Positions 9,750 through 18,794 of a stretch of DNA of 64,000 nt are shown one piece after another. The notes under the pieces are model-generated. The model saw nothing but the letters and a program-made list of their open reading frames with translations. It did not search any database and was not told the DNA's origin. Source of the stretch: Nitrospinaceae bacterium (GTDB lineage: Bacteria; Nitrospinota; Nitrospinia; Nitrospinales; Nitrospinaceae); the NCBI GenBank assembly GCA_965237905.1, contig OZ250172.1:1632001-1696000 (forward strand), written 5' to 3'. A program made the translations under genes and the position numbers. Each line of letters opens with the position of its first letter. Within the stretch, counting starts at the first letter, position 1.

Positions 9750-10988
9750 CTATTTTTGATATTTGCGAACGATCAAAACGGAATTAATGCCGAACATTCC
9801 GAACGAATTGTTCATGATAATACTCACGTTGTCCAGCAGTTCCGGCGTATTCGCCACCAGATTATTGAGCTGGCATTCCGGGTCGATGGTGTCGAGGTTG
9901 ATGGTCGGGTGGACATAGCCATCCTCAAAGGCGGGCAGATTGCCGGTGAGCTCCAACGCCCCCGCCGCGCCCATGGTGTGCCCCATGTAACTCTTTGTAT
10001 TATTGATCCGTGTGCGGCCCTCCATGCCGAACACCTGGCGTACTGCCTTGCACTCCTGGATATCGCCCAGCTGAGTGGCGGTGGCATGGGTGTTGAGGAT
10101 GTCGATATCCTCCGGTTTCAATCCGGCCCGGTCCAGCGCCAGCCGCATGCATTCGGCCTGCCGCCCCGGCTCCGGTAGGATATAATCGTAAGCATCTGAA
10201 TTACTGGCGTATCCGATAATCTCTCCATAGATTTGAGCGCCCCTTGCCTCCGCATCCGGCAGGCGTTCGAGAGTGTAGACACACCCGCCTTCTGAACAGA
10301 CGATGCCGTTGCGGTTCTTGTCAAACGGACGGCTCGCCTTGGTCGGGTCTGCGTGCTCGGCCAGTGCGCCCTCGCTCTTGAAGCTGGCAAAAATGCCGAA
10401 GGTGTGAATGCTTTCGGAGACGCCGCCCGCCAGAGCCATATCGACCTCATTCAGCCGCAACATCTGGGCTCCCTGGATGATGCCCAGGTTGCCCGCCGCA
10501 CAGGCCGCGCCAATGGCGTAATGCGGCCCGGTGATGCCCATGTTCAATGTCACCTCGCCCGCCGGGTTGTTGGCCACCGTCCGTGGGTTGTGGTGGTGCG
10601 ACCAGTACTTGGTGTCGTAACCGTACTGGCTGATGGCGTAGACCTCGTTCTCCGTCTCCACGTTGCCGTGCTCGGTGGTGCCTAGATAGACGCCGACGCG
10701 CGATTTGTCGACCGTATCGAACGCGATGCCGGAATCTGCCACCGCCTCCTGCGCACAATAGATGGCAATCGATCCTGCCCGTGTGCCGCGTCGCAGGCTC
10801 TTCTTTTTTTGATACTTGAGCTCGTCGAAATCGCACACCCCGGCCAGCACCGCGCCCATAAAACGGGTCTCAAAGTGGGTGACGCCAGACCGGCCCTCCA
10901 GCAGACTCTTGCGGAATTCCTTCAGCGAGTTGCCGTTGGGGGCCGTCAGGCCGATCCCTGTAATGACAATACGGTCCTCAAGCGGCAT
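9750..10988 (-). CDS. Beta-ketoacyl-ACP synthase, FabF/FabB-like, divergent
   Basis: RIVITGIG; Cys-His-His triad in AACAAG, NTHATAT, KSYMGHTMGAAG; SRPFDKNRNG; NNSFG. Confidence 0.9.
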   Translation of the reverse strand: MPLEDRIVITGIGLTAPNGNSLKEFRKSLLEGRSGVTHFETRFMGAVLAGVCDFDELKYQKKKSLRRGTRAGSIAIYCAQEAVADSGIAFDTVDKSRVGVYLGTTEHGNVETENEVYAISQYGYDTKYWSHHHNPRTVANNPAGEVTLNMGITGPHYAIGAACAAGNLGIIQGAQMLRLNEVDMALAGGVSESIHTFGIFASFKSEGALAEHADPTKASRPFDKNRNGIVCSEGGCVYTLERLPDAEARGAQIYGEIIGYASNSDAYDYILPEPGRQAECMRLALDRAGLKPEDIDILNTHATATQLGDIQECKAVRQVFGMEGRTRINNTKSYMGHTMGAAGALELTGNLPAFEDGYVHPTINLDTIDPECQLNNLVANTPELLDNVSIIMNNSFGMFGINSVLIVRKYQK

Positions 10989-11361
10989 AGATAAGATCCA
11001 TAGGGTGCAAGTGTCGGGGATGGTTTGGATTCAAGCCCTGGACGGGTTGGCGTTGAACAACCAAGCGAAGCCAAAACTTCGGAATTAAGGAATTTAGCAT
11101 AAAAAGGGAGGGTTTGGAAGAGGGCCGGGGTCGTTCAAAAATATCGGATGAGATTATTTTTACACAGCAATGGCTTCTACCGAATGCTATTGATATAGGC
11201 AGGCTTGGAGGGCTTGTCGCCAAAAGTGTCAAAAGAAACAGGTATTTCCGGCGTTTCAGACGTATATTATTAGAATACAGGATGGTTGGGGGGCATTGCT
11301 TTAAGGACCTTTGAGCCGAAACCCTGCCGGGTTTGCCAGGCCGTTTCAATGGAGGTGTCCC

Positions 11362-11553
11362 ATGGGACTGACTTATGATGTTTTGAAGACCAAGGTAAAA
11401 TCTGAAGGCAAGTTCACGCTGGAAGAGTTGACGTGGATGCTGGACAAAATGAAGGAAATGGACCGCACACTCGACTCCCTCAAAACCACTATGGAGGAGC
11501 GATTGAGCCGGATTGAAAGCAAGGACGACGATCACATTCCGGGTGGTATTTAA
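11362..11553 (+). CDS. Small hypothetical protein, 63 aa, coiled-coil-like
   Basis: Strong RBS GGAGGTG at 11351; charged helical sequence MGLTYDVLKTK... Confidence 0.7.
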   Translation: MGLTYDVLKTKVKSEGKFTLEELTWMLDKMKEMDRTLDSLKTTMEERLSRIESKDDDHIPGGI

Positions 11554-11557
11554 GCCT

Positions 11558-11700
11558 CTCCTCCCCGGAGGGGGAACTGGCTGACCCTCTAACGAGGGAG
11601 GAAACTTGCTGATGGTTGACGGCAAAAATGGCTCGTGGAGCGCAATTCACGGTTTTAAATTACCAGCGGAGGTACCCCGCCCAGCGTCGTCACGCTGGCC
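11558..11700. repeat. Modular palindromic repeat cluster (modules C, F, E, D, A)
   Basis: CTCCTCCCCGGAGGGGGAACTGGCTGACC, CCCTCTAACGAGGGAGG..GGTTGAC, GAGCGCAATTCA, GCGGAGGTACCCCGC, CCAGCG..CGCTGG; each recurs elsewhere in the window. Confidence 0.75.
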
Positions 11701-11703
11701 AGG

Positions 11704-12186
11704 CTAAGCTTTTTCCACCAACGCCACGGCGTCGACGGCGATGCCTTCTTCGCGGCCGGGGAAGCCGAGTTTCTCGGTCGTCGTGGCTTTGACGTTGACC
11801 TGAGCGGGACCGATGGCGAGAGCCTTGGCAATGTTCTGTTTCATCTTGTCGACGTACGGAGCGAGCTTCGGATTCTGCGCGACTATGGTGGCGTCTGTAT
11901 TACTGATTTTATACCCCTCCTTCTTAACCACCTGCCCGACCTTTTCCAACAACAGAAGACTGGAAATACCTTTCCATTGCGGGTCGGTATCGGGAAAATA
12001 ATGACCGATATCCCCGGCGCCCACCGCACCCAACAGCGCGTCGCATACCGCATGGCATAGCGCGTCCGCATCGCTATGGCCGTCGAGGCCCTTGTCGTGC
12101 GGGATGACCACCCCGCCGAGGATCAGTTTGCGTCCTGCGACCAGGCGGTGCACATCGTATCCGTTCCCGATTCTGAATGCCGTCAT
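11704..12186 (-). CDS. ispF: 2-C-methyl-D-erythritol 2,4-cyclodiphosphate synthase
   Basis: [37 protein letters not shown]. Confidence 0.97.
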   Translation of the reverse strand: MTAFRIGNGYDVHRLVAGRKLILGGVVIPHDKGLDGHSDADALCHAVCDALLGAVGAGDIGHYFPDTDPQWKGISSLLLLEKVGQVVKKEGYKISNTDATIVAQNPKLAPYVDKMKQNIAKALAIGPAQVNVKATTTEKLGFPGREEGIAVDAVALVEKA

Positions 12187-12223
12187 AGAATGAAAGTGTT
12201 TAGGGCTGAACCATTGTTATGCC

Positions 12224-12247
12224 CCCTTAGACAAGTTCAGGGTGACA
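12224..12247. repeat. Short intergenic repeat CCCTT.GACA.G.TCAGG.TGACA
   Basis: 20/24 identical to the reverse complement of 62628-62651. Confidence 0.6.
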
Positions 12248-12283
12248 GGGGAGTTTAATGTTTGGAGTAGAACCGTATCCCGT

Positions 12284-13435
12284 CTACAAAGTGACGGTGA
12301 TGAGTTTGCGGGCTTCTTCGCGGGCCCACCGGTCCGCTTCCAACACATCTTCGATGCAGATGATCGGCCGGGTGTCGTGATTGTGCATGGCCGTGCGGAT
12401 GATCTCGGGGATATCCTTGTAGGGGATCTGCTCGTCCAGAAAGGCCTGCACGGCGATCTCATTAGCGCCGTTGAGCACGGCGGGCATGGTCTGGCCGATA
12501 TCCATCGCATCCTTCGCCAACTGCAGACAGGGGAAGCGCGTGTAATCCGGCGGCTCAAACGTGAGTTTCGATAACGCCGACAAATCCAGCGAAGCCAGGG
12601 TGCAGTCGATCCGATCCGGGTACGACAACGCGTAAGCGATGGGCACGCGCATGTCGGGAATTCCCAGTTGCGCAATGATTGAGGTATCCACAAACTCGAT
12701 CATCGAATGCACGATGCTTTGCGCGTGCACGATGATGTCCACCTGCGTCTCCAGGCCGAACAACCATTTGGCTTCGATATACTCCAGCCCCTTGTTCATC
12801 ATGGTGGCGGAGTCGATCGTGATCTTGTTGCCCATGTCCCAGTTGGGATGGTTGAGCGCGTCCTTAACCGTCACATGCTCCATCTGTTCCAGCGTGTAGG
12901 TGCGGAACGGTCCGCCCGAAGCGGTCAGGATAATGCGCTTGATGCGGTCCCGGTTTTCGCCGTTCAATGCCTGCAAAATCGCGCTGTGTTCGCTGTCCAC
13001 GGGAATGATTTCGCATTTGCCTTGTGCCGCCTTGAGGACCAGCTCTCCGGCAACGACCAGAGTTTCCTTATTGGCCAGCGCCAGGGTTTTTCCGGCGTTC
13101 ACTGCGGCGTAGGCAGGGACCAGTCCGGCACACCCGACCACGCCCGAAACAACGAGATCGACTTCCGGAAGGGTCGCGACCTGTGTCGTCCCCGCTTCAC
13201 CGGTGACGATTTCCACTTTCTGACCACCGAGCAGGGCGCGCAGTTCTCCCACGCGCGACGCGTTGTGCAGGGAAATTATTTGGGGTTTGAATTTTCGGGT
13301 TTGTTGCGCGAGAACTTCGATGTTGTTGCCGGCCGCGAGGCCCCAGACTTCAAATTTGCCGGGGTTGCGGTCAATGACATCCAGCGTATTAACGCCGATG
13401 GATCCGGTCGAGCCGAGGATGGAAATTTTTTTCAT
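12284..13435 (-). CDS. dxr: 1-deoxy-D-xylulose 5-phosphate reductoisomerase
   Basis: LGSTGSIG, LANKE, PVDSEH, HPNWDMG.KITIDSATMMNKGLE. Confidence 0.98.
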   Translation of the reverse strand: MKKISILGSTGSIGVNTLDVIDRNPGKFEVWGLAAGNNIEVLAQQTRKFKPQIISLHNASRVGELRALLGGQKVEIVTGEAGTTQVATLPEVDLVVSGVVGCAGLVPAYAAVNAGKTLALANKETLVVAGELVLKAAQGKCEIIPVDSEHSAILQALNGENRDRIKRIILTASGGPFRTYTLEQMEHVTVKDALNHPNWDMGNKITIDSATMMNKGLEYIEAKWLFGLETQVDIIVHAQSIVHSMIEFVDTSIIAQLGIPDMRVPIAYALSYPDRIDCTLASLDLSALSKLTFEPPDYTRFPCLQLAKDAMDIGQTMPAVLNGANEIAVQAFLDEQIPYKDIPEIIRTAMHNHDTRPIICIEDVLEADRWAREEARKLITVTL

Positions 13436-13523
13436 AAGTGCCCGCGGTCAGTAGGTTCGGTAGTATCAGGTAACAGGATAAGCCACAATCTTACAAAAAT
13501 CTTAAAAAAATCTCACTTCTGGC

Positions 13524-14309
13524 TCATAAAAATAATGCGTGGTAGATGTAAAATGCGGGTCCGGCAAACATCAGGCTGTCCAACCGGTCCAGAACACCAC
13601 CGTGACCCGGGACCAATGATCCGGAATCCTTAACCCCGGCCCGGCGCTTGAAGAGGGACTCGGCTAAATCTCCTATTTGACCCATGATACCGCACAATAA
13701 GGCCATAATCAAACAATGGTTTAACGGAAGAATCTCGAAAAATAGGAAGTGGGCCGCGACCCCTCCGGCCACACTGCCGACCAATCCCGCACCTGAACCC
13801 TCGAGGGTTTTTCCGGGACTGATCCTGGGTGCAAGTGGGGTTTTCCCAATAGTTTTGCCGACATAGTAGGCGGCAATGTCGCCCGACCAGATCACCATAA
13901 AAAGATAAAAAAGAATATGGTTGCCCTGTTCCATTCCACGTAGAAGAATAAAATAACTCATCAGCCCGGACACATAAACCACACCCAAAAACGAATAGGC
14001 CACTTGGTTGAGAGCATCCTCCAGCGCGGACCCGGAAGCGTACCAGGTGATGAACAACGACATGAGACACACCGCAAGCCAAACCAGATAAAAATCGTTG
14101 CGGTAAAAACAAAAAACGAGGAACAGACACATAATCCCGCCGACAATGGGATTGATTTTAATTCCCATGTGGCGCAGTAACTTGACGTATTCCATCCATC
14201 CCACCAACACGGCGGCAGTTACGAGAGCCAAAAACAACAAAGGCGAACCGTATTGAACAACCCCCAGGACAACGAGAATGAGTACCAGCCCACTGAGCAC
14301 GCGCTTCAC
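13524..14309 (-). CDS. cdsA: Phosphatidate cytidylyltransferase
   Basis: Multi-TM; SPGKTLEG; GDLAESLFKR..GVKDSG..PGHGGVLDRLDS. Confidence 0.96.
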   Translation of the reverse strand: MKRVLSGLVLILVVLGVVQYGSPLLFLALVTAAVLVGWMEYVKLLRHMGIKINPIVGGIMCLFLVFCFYRNDFYLVWLAVCLMSLFITWYASGSALEDALNQVAYSFLGVVYVSGLMSYFILLRGMEQGNHILFYLFMVIWSGDIAAYYVGKTIGKTPLAPRISPGKTLEGSGAGLVGSVAGGVAAHFLFFEILPLNHCLIMALLCGIMGQIGDLAESLFKRRAGVKDSGSLVPGHGGVLDRLDSLMFAGPAFYIYHALFL

Positions 14310-14406
14310 TCGGCGTTCTCCTGTTTCAATTCATACGATGACCTGTGGAGGAGCGTCATAGAGTTCATCTCGGGAATGCATTTTGGGTATGCGTTTGGGG
14401 CAACGG

Positions 14407-15162
14407 TTAAGCTTTGACGATCTGGTCGCCGATCATGCCGAACCGCCGTTCCCGGCTCTGAAAATCAATGATAGCCTTGAGCAGATCGTCCTCTGTGAAC
14501 TGCGGCCACAGCACTTGGGTGTAATGCAATTCGGTGTAGGCCATTTGGTACAGAAGAAAATTGCTGATTCGTTTTTCGCCACTGGTGCGGATTAACAAGT
14601 CCAGTTCGGGAAGGTCATGGGTATACAAACTACTTTCCAGAACCGGAAAGTCGATATCCTCAATAGGGAGGCTCCCCTCCTGCACCTGCTTAGCAATTTT
14701 TTTGACCGCATCGACGATCTCCTGCCGCCCCCCGTAACTCAGCGCCAGGGTCAGAGTCAAACCATCATTGCTACGGGTAAAGTCTTCCGCATGACGGATG
14801 AGTTTTTGAATGGCCGGTGGCAGTTCGTGAATACGGCCAATGGTATTGAACCGGATGTTCTCCCGTTTCATACGCTCCAGTTCCTTGTTCAGATACTGGT
14901 CCAGAATTTTCATGAGTGCGTCGATTTCGGGACGGGGACGGTTCCAGTTTTCGTCGGAGAAGGAATACAGGGTCAGGGCCTCGATGTGCATCCCGGCGCA
15001 TAAAGTGACGATTTTATCGACGGTTTTGACGCCGCGGCGGTGGCCCTCCACACGCGGGAGCATTTTCTTTTTGGCCCAGCGTCCGTTGCCGTCCATGATG
15101 ATGGCGATATGGCGTGGCAGGCGCTTGAGATCAATTTGATTCATTAAGGCGGGATCAGACAA
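14407..15162 (-). CDS. uppS: Undecaprenyl diphosphate synthase
   Basis: HIAIIMDGNGRWA, FSDENWNRP, DLLIRTSGE.RISNFLL; start may be ATG at 15144. Confidence 0.96.
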   Translation of the reverse strand: MSDPALMNQIDLKRLPRHIAIIMDGNGRWAKKKMLPRVEGHRRGVKTVDKIVTLCAGMHIEALTLYSFSDENWNRPRPEIDALMKILDQYLNKELERMKRENIRFNTIGRIHELPPAIQKLIRHAEDFTRSNDGLTLTLALSYGGRQEIVDAVKKIAKQVQEGSLPIEDIDFPVLESSLYTHDLPELDLLIRTSGEKRISNFLLYQMAYTELHYTQVLWPQFTEDDLLKAIIDFQSRERRFGMIGDQIVKA

Positions 15163-15258
15163 AGGGGGATCTCCAGGGTCTCAGATTGATTCGGCAAAAC
15201 AGGGTCCGGCCAGCGGGACGGGCCTTTAGCTCAGCTTATCAATATTATAAGGCATCCA

Positions 15259-15813
15259 TCAACCTTCCAGGACATCTTTTTCCTTGCCCTGAACGATCTT
15301 ATCCACCTCCGCGACATACTTGTCGGTGGCTTTCTGAACCTCGTCATGACCCTTGCGCTCCTCGTCCTTGGAAATGGAGTGGTCCTTTTCCATGGTCTTG
15401 AGCTTGTCATTGAATTCACGCCGGACGTTGCGGATGGCGACTTTGCAATCCTCGCCATACTTCTTAACCACCTTGGTGAGCTGTTGCCGCCGTTCGGTGG
15501 TCAGAGGGGGAATGGTCAGCCGGATGACTTTGCCATCGTTGGAAGGGGTCAGCCCCAGGTCCGACCCCTGAATGGCCTTTTCGATCAACGGCAACATGGA
15601 AGTATCCCAGGGAGCGATGGTAATGGTTTTGCTGTCAGGTACCCCGAGCGTCGCGGTTTGTGCCAACGGGGAGGGGTTGCCGTAATAATCGATCTTGATA
15701 TCTTCCACCAAAGCAACCGAAGCACGGCCGGTCCTTACCTTGCCCAGATCGGTGTGCAGGTGATCGATGGAGGCTTTCATTTTGTGTTCCGAATCTTTAA
15801 TCAAATTATCCAT
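15259..15813 (-). CDS. frr: Ribosome recycling factor
   Basis: VRTGRA, IPPLTTERR, VAIRNVRR; ATG at 15813 gives 184 aa. Confidence 0.96.
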   Translation of the reverse strand: MDNLIKDSEHKMKASIDHLHTDLGKVRTGRASVALVEDIKIDYYGNPSPLAQTATLGVPDSKTITIAPWDTSMLPLIEKAIQGSDLGLTPSNDGKVIRLTIPPLTTERRQQLTKVVKKYGEDCKVAIRNVRREFNDKLKTMEKDHSISKDEERKGHDEVQKATDKYVAEVDKIVQGKEKDVLEG

Positions 15814-15814
15814 A

Positions 15815-16537
15815 TCAATTGGCCCCAACGGTGGTTCCTATTTTTTCTCCTAAAAGGACCCGCTTGATACTGTCTTTCTGCCCCACGTTGAAAATGACCA
15901 TCGGCAGTTTGTTATCCATGCACAAGGACACGGAGGTGGAGTCCATCACTTTGAGTCCTTTGTTCAGCAAATCGATGTAGGATAATTCGGCGAACTTGGT
16001 CGCTTTGGAATCTTTCATGGGATCGGCGGAGTACACGCCATCCACTTTGGTGGCCTTGAAGATAACCTGAGCTTCGATTTCAATGGCACGCAGGGAAGCC
16101 GCGGTGTCCGTCGTGAAATAAGGGTTTCCGGTGCCCGCGGCAAAAATCACCACCCGGCCCTTTTCCAGATGCCGGATCGCACGCCGCCTGACATACGGTT
16201 CGGCCACCTGCCGAATTTCCAGAGCGGTCAGCACCCGTGTCGGGACGCCGTTACTCTCTAAAGCGTTTTGCAGGGCCAGGCTGTTGATCACCGTGGCCAG
16301 CATACCCATATAGTCCGCGGTGACCCGCTCCATTCCCAGACTGCTGGCGGTGGCCCCACGCAGTATGTTGCCGCCACCGATGACGATGGCGATCTCCACT
16401 CCCATGTTCTTGGCTTCCGCCACTTCCGACGCAATACTATTGAGTGCCACCTGGTCGATCCCAAACCCGCCGTTTTCAGCGGCCAGGCTTTCGCCCCCCA
16501 GCTTTAAAAGAACGCGATCGTAAATGGGCTTGTCCAA
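15815..16537 (-). CDS. pyrH: Uridylate kinase
   Basis: [25 protein letters not shown]; probable TTG start at 16537. Confidence 0.96.
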   Translation of the reverse strand: MDKPIYDRVLLKLGGESLAAENGGFGIDQVALNSIASEVAEAKNMGVEIAIVIGGGNILRGATASSLGMERVTADYMGMLATVINSLALQNALESNGVPTRVLTALEIRQVAEPYVRRRAIRHLEKGRVVIFAAGTGNPYFTTDTAASLRAIEIEAQVIFKATKVDGVYSADPMKDSKATKFAELSYIDLLNKGLKVMDSTSVSLCMDNKLPMVIFNVGQKDSIKRVLLGEKIGTTVGAN

Positions 16538-16553
16538 AGAAACCCCCTGTGGT

Positions 16554-17147
16554 TTACCTGCTGATTTCAAAACGCGTAAAATCCCCGACTGTGATGTTTT
16601 CTCCCAGCTTGGCAATCTTCTGCTTGATCAATTCCTGAATGGTCATGTCGCCATCTTTGATGAACGTCTGATCCAACAGACAATTCTCTTCATAGAACTT
16701 TGACATTTTGCCGTCGACAATCTTGTCGATGATGTTATCAGGCTTGCCGGATTCGCGCGCCTGATGGGCGAAAATTTCCCGTTCCTTGTCCAGCACATCC
16801 TGCGTCACATCGTCACGCGTGGTGAACCGCGGTTTGGCGGCGGCAATGTGCATGGCGATATCTTTCAACAAATCCTTGAACTCATCGGTATTGGCAACAA
16901 AGTCGGTTTCGCATTGCAGATTCACCAGCACGCCGATTTTGTTCCCGGCGTGAATATAGGAACCGATCGCGCCGTCACCAGTACTCCGGTCGCCCTTTTT
17001 ATCGGCTTTCGCCATGCCTTTTTTACGCAGGTGAGTGATCGCCTCTTCAATATCGCCCTGGGTTTCCTTCAGCGCGTTTTTACATTCCATGATTCCCGCT
17101 CCGGATTGCTGGCGAAGCGTTTTTACCATATCTGCTGTTACTTCCAT
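16554..17147 (-). CDS. tsf: Elongation factor Ts, short 197-aa type
   Basis: [30 protein letters not shown]. Confidence 0.96.
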   Translation of the reverse strand: MEVTADMVKTLRQQSGAGIMECKNALKETQGDIEEAITHLRKKGMAKADKKGDRSTGDGAIGSYIHAGNKIGVLVNLQCETDFVANTDEFKDLLKDIAMHIAAAKPRFTTRDDVTQDVLDKEREIFAHQARESGKPDNIIDKIVDGKMSKFYEENCLLDQTFIKDGDMTIQELIKQKIAKLGENITVGDFTRFEISR

Positions 17148-17367
17148 TCTCTCAATTCTCCTATGTCTATATACTTTACAAAAGATTGATTCAATCGGCG
17201 GCGGGCAAGTGGCCTGTCTCGCATCCATCCGTGGAGCGGTGAATTCAGGACGCGATGGATCAGGGTGACCGGTGACTCTGTTACCGGAATTCGCTGCCGT
17301 TCAATACCATTAATTGTGAAATAAGGATTTCCCCGGGCCCGAACCTGGGAATGATCCCGCCGTTTCC

Positions 17368-18411
17368 TCAGGCGGAAACGGGTTTTTCCTCAGCGCTTTC
17401 ACTGGAATCCGAATCCGAGTCGGCCTTGGCTGTTTCCTCAACGGCAGTCGGGATTTTGGCTTCCTCGACAGCAGGTGGGTTATCAGCCTTCTTCGTAGCA
17501 GTTTCCTCAACGGCCTTCGGGTTTTTGGCTTCCTTGACAGCGGGTGGGCTAGCAGCCTTCTTCGCAGCGGCTTTTTTCGGATCCGGCTTAGGAGGCTTTT
17601 TTGCAGCTGCGGCGGCTTTCTTGGCCGCGGCTTCTTTTTCTTTGGCCGCGGCTTCCTTCGCAGCGGCAGCTTCTTTGATGGCTGCTTCCTTGGCGGCCGC
17701 TTCCTGCTTTTCCTTTTGGACGGCTTTGTATATTTCCTGACCTTCGAGGCAAATGTCCGCAATGCGGCTGGCAAACAGGTCTATCGAACGAATCGCATCG
17801 TCGTTCCCGGGAATCACGTAATCAATCCCATCCGGATCACAGTTGGTGTCCACGATCGCCACCACCTTGATACCCAGCTTGATCGCTTCGGCCATAGCAA
17901 TGCGTTCCTTGCGGGTATCCACGACAAACATGATGTCCGGAAGGTCCTTCATGTGCTTGATGCCTCTTAGGAATTTGTTGAGCTTGGCGATTTCCTTGCG
18001 CTTTGACTGGGCTTCCTTTTTATGCAACTGTTCGAACTGGGTTTCCTCCTCCAACCGCTCCAATTCGAGGAGGCGCTGGATACTTTTTCGAATAGTGGCA
18101 AAGTTGGTGAGCGTGCCGCCCAGCCAGCGTTGATTGATGTAATACATCCCGGCCCGTTCAGACTGCTCGGCAATCAATTCCTGGGCCTGCTTTTTAGTCG
18201 CGACAAACAGAATTTTTTTGCCCTGTTGCGATGCGTTCTTTAAATACTTCTCCGCTTCCTTGAAAAGAGTCAACGTTTTCTGAAGGTTGACAATATGGAT
18301 TCCGTTGCGGGCCCCATAAATGTACTTCTTCATTTTGGGGTTCCAGCGCGTGGTCTGATGACCAAAGTGCACCCCGGCCTCCAGTAATTGACTCATGGTA
18401 ATGTCTGACAT
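17368..18411 (-). CDS. rpsB: 30S ribosomal protein S2 with long Ala/Lys/Glu/Pro-rich tail
   Basis: [43 protein letters not shown]. Confidence 0.98.
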   Translation of the reverse strand: MSDITMSQLLEAGVHFGHQTTRWNPKMKKYIYGARNGIHIVNLQKTLTLFKEAEKYLKNASQQGKKILFVATKKQAQELIAEQSERAGMYYINQRWLGGTLTNFATIRKSIQRLLELERLEEETQFEQLHKKEAQSKRKEIAKLNKFLRGIKHMKDLPDIMFVVDTRKERIAMAEAIKLGIKVVAIVDTNCDPDGIDYVIPGNDDAIRSIDLFASRIADICLEGQEIYKAVQKEKQEAAAKEAAIKEAAAAKEAAAKEKEAAAKKAAAAAKKPPKPDPKKAAAKKAASPPAVKEAKNPKAVEETATKKADNPPAVEEAKIPTAVEETAKADSDSDSSESAEEKPVSA

Positions 18412-18438
18412 ACATTCTCCTTAAGAATGGGTTGGATC

Positions 18439-18503
18439 CACCGCCACCTTCGTTCCGGAACAGAAACCTTGCGGTCACCCCTGTTCCAGTCCAGCGGCGT
18501 GTG
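18439..18503 (-). promoter_or_regulatory. Structured rpsB 5' leader, probable S2 autoregulatory element
   Basis: Nested stems CACGCCGC/GTGGCGGTG, GGAACAG/CTGTTCC and ACC-GCAA-GGT just upstream of the RBS. Confidence 0.55.
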
Positions 18504-18596
18504 AGTTAAATGCTTGTAAAATAGTGCTTTATAGTGATTTTAGTAAAATATAGAGCTGTGGCGATAGCTTACCACAACCCCAAAGGGGAGGCAAGT

Positions 18597-18794
18597 GCGG
18601 AGTACCTCCGCTGGTGGCATATAAACTCCGGCTGGCGAGAACCATTGATCGTCAGTACCATTCCGCTCCCGCGAAATTTGCACCGGGCCTTGCCCGGGTG
18701 GAGTGTCTCCACAGACAACAGGTAAAGTTTTCCCTAGTTATAATTCCCCCGGTAAAGCTAAAAGATAAATAATTTGGGTCCAGCGTCATGCTGG
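18597..18794. repeat. Modular palindromic repeat cluster (D, B, A)
   Basis: GCGGAGTACCTCCGC 18597-18611; CCGGGCCTTGCCCGG 18683-18697; CCAGCGTCATGCTGG 18780-18794 abutting the pfk stop. Confidence 0.75.

Noticed and set aside
4436..10988. Ladderane or aryl polyene cluster call
   Set aside because: No radical SAM or methyltransferase genes, no KS-CLF pair, no adenylation enzyme, glycosyltransferase or transporter.
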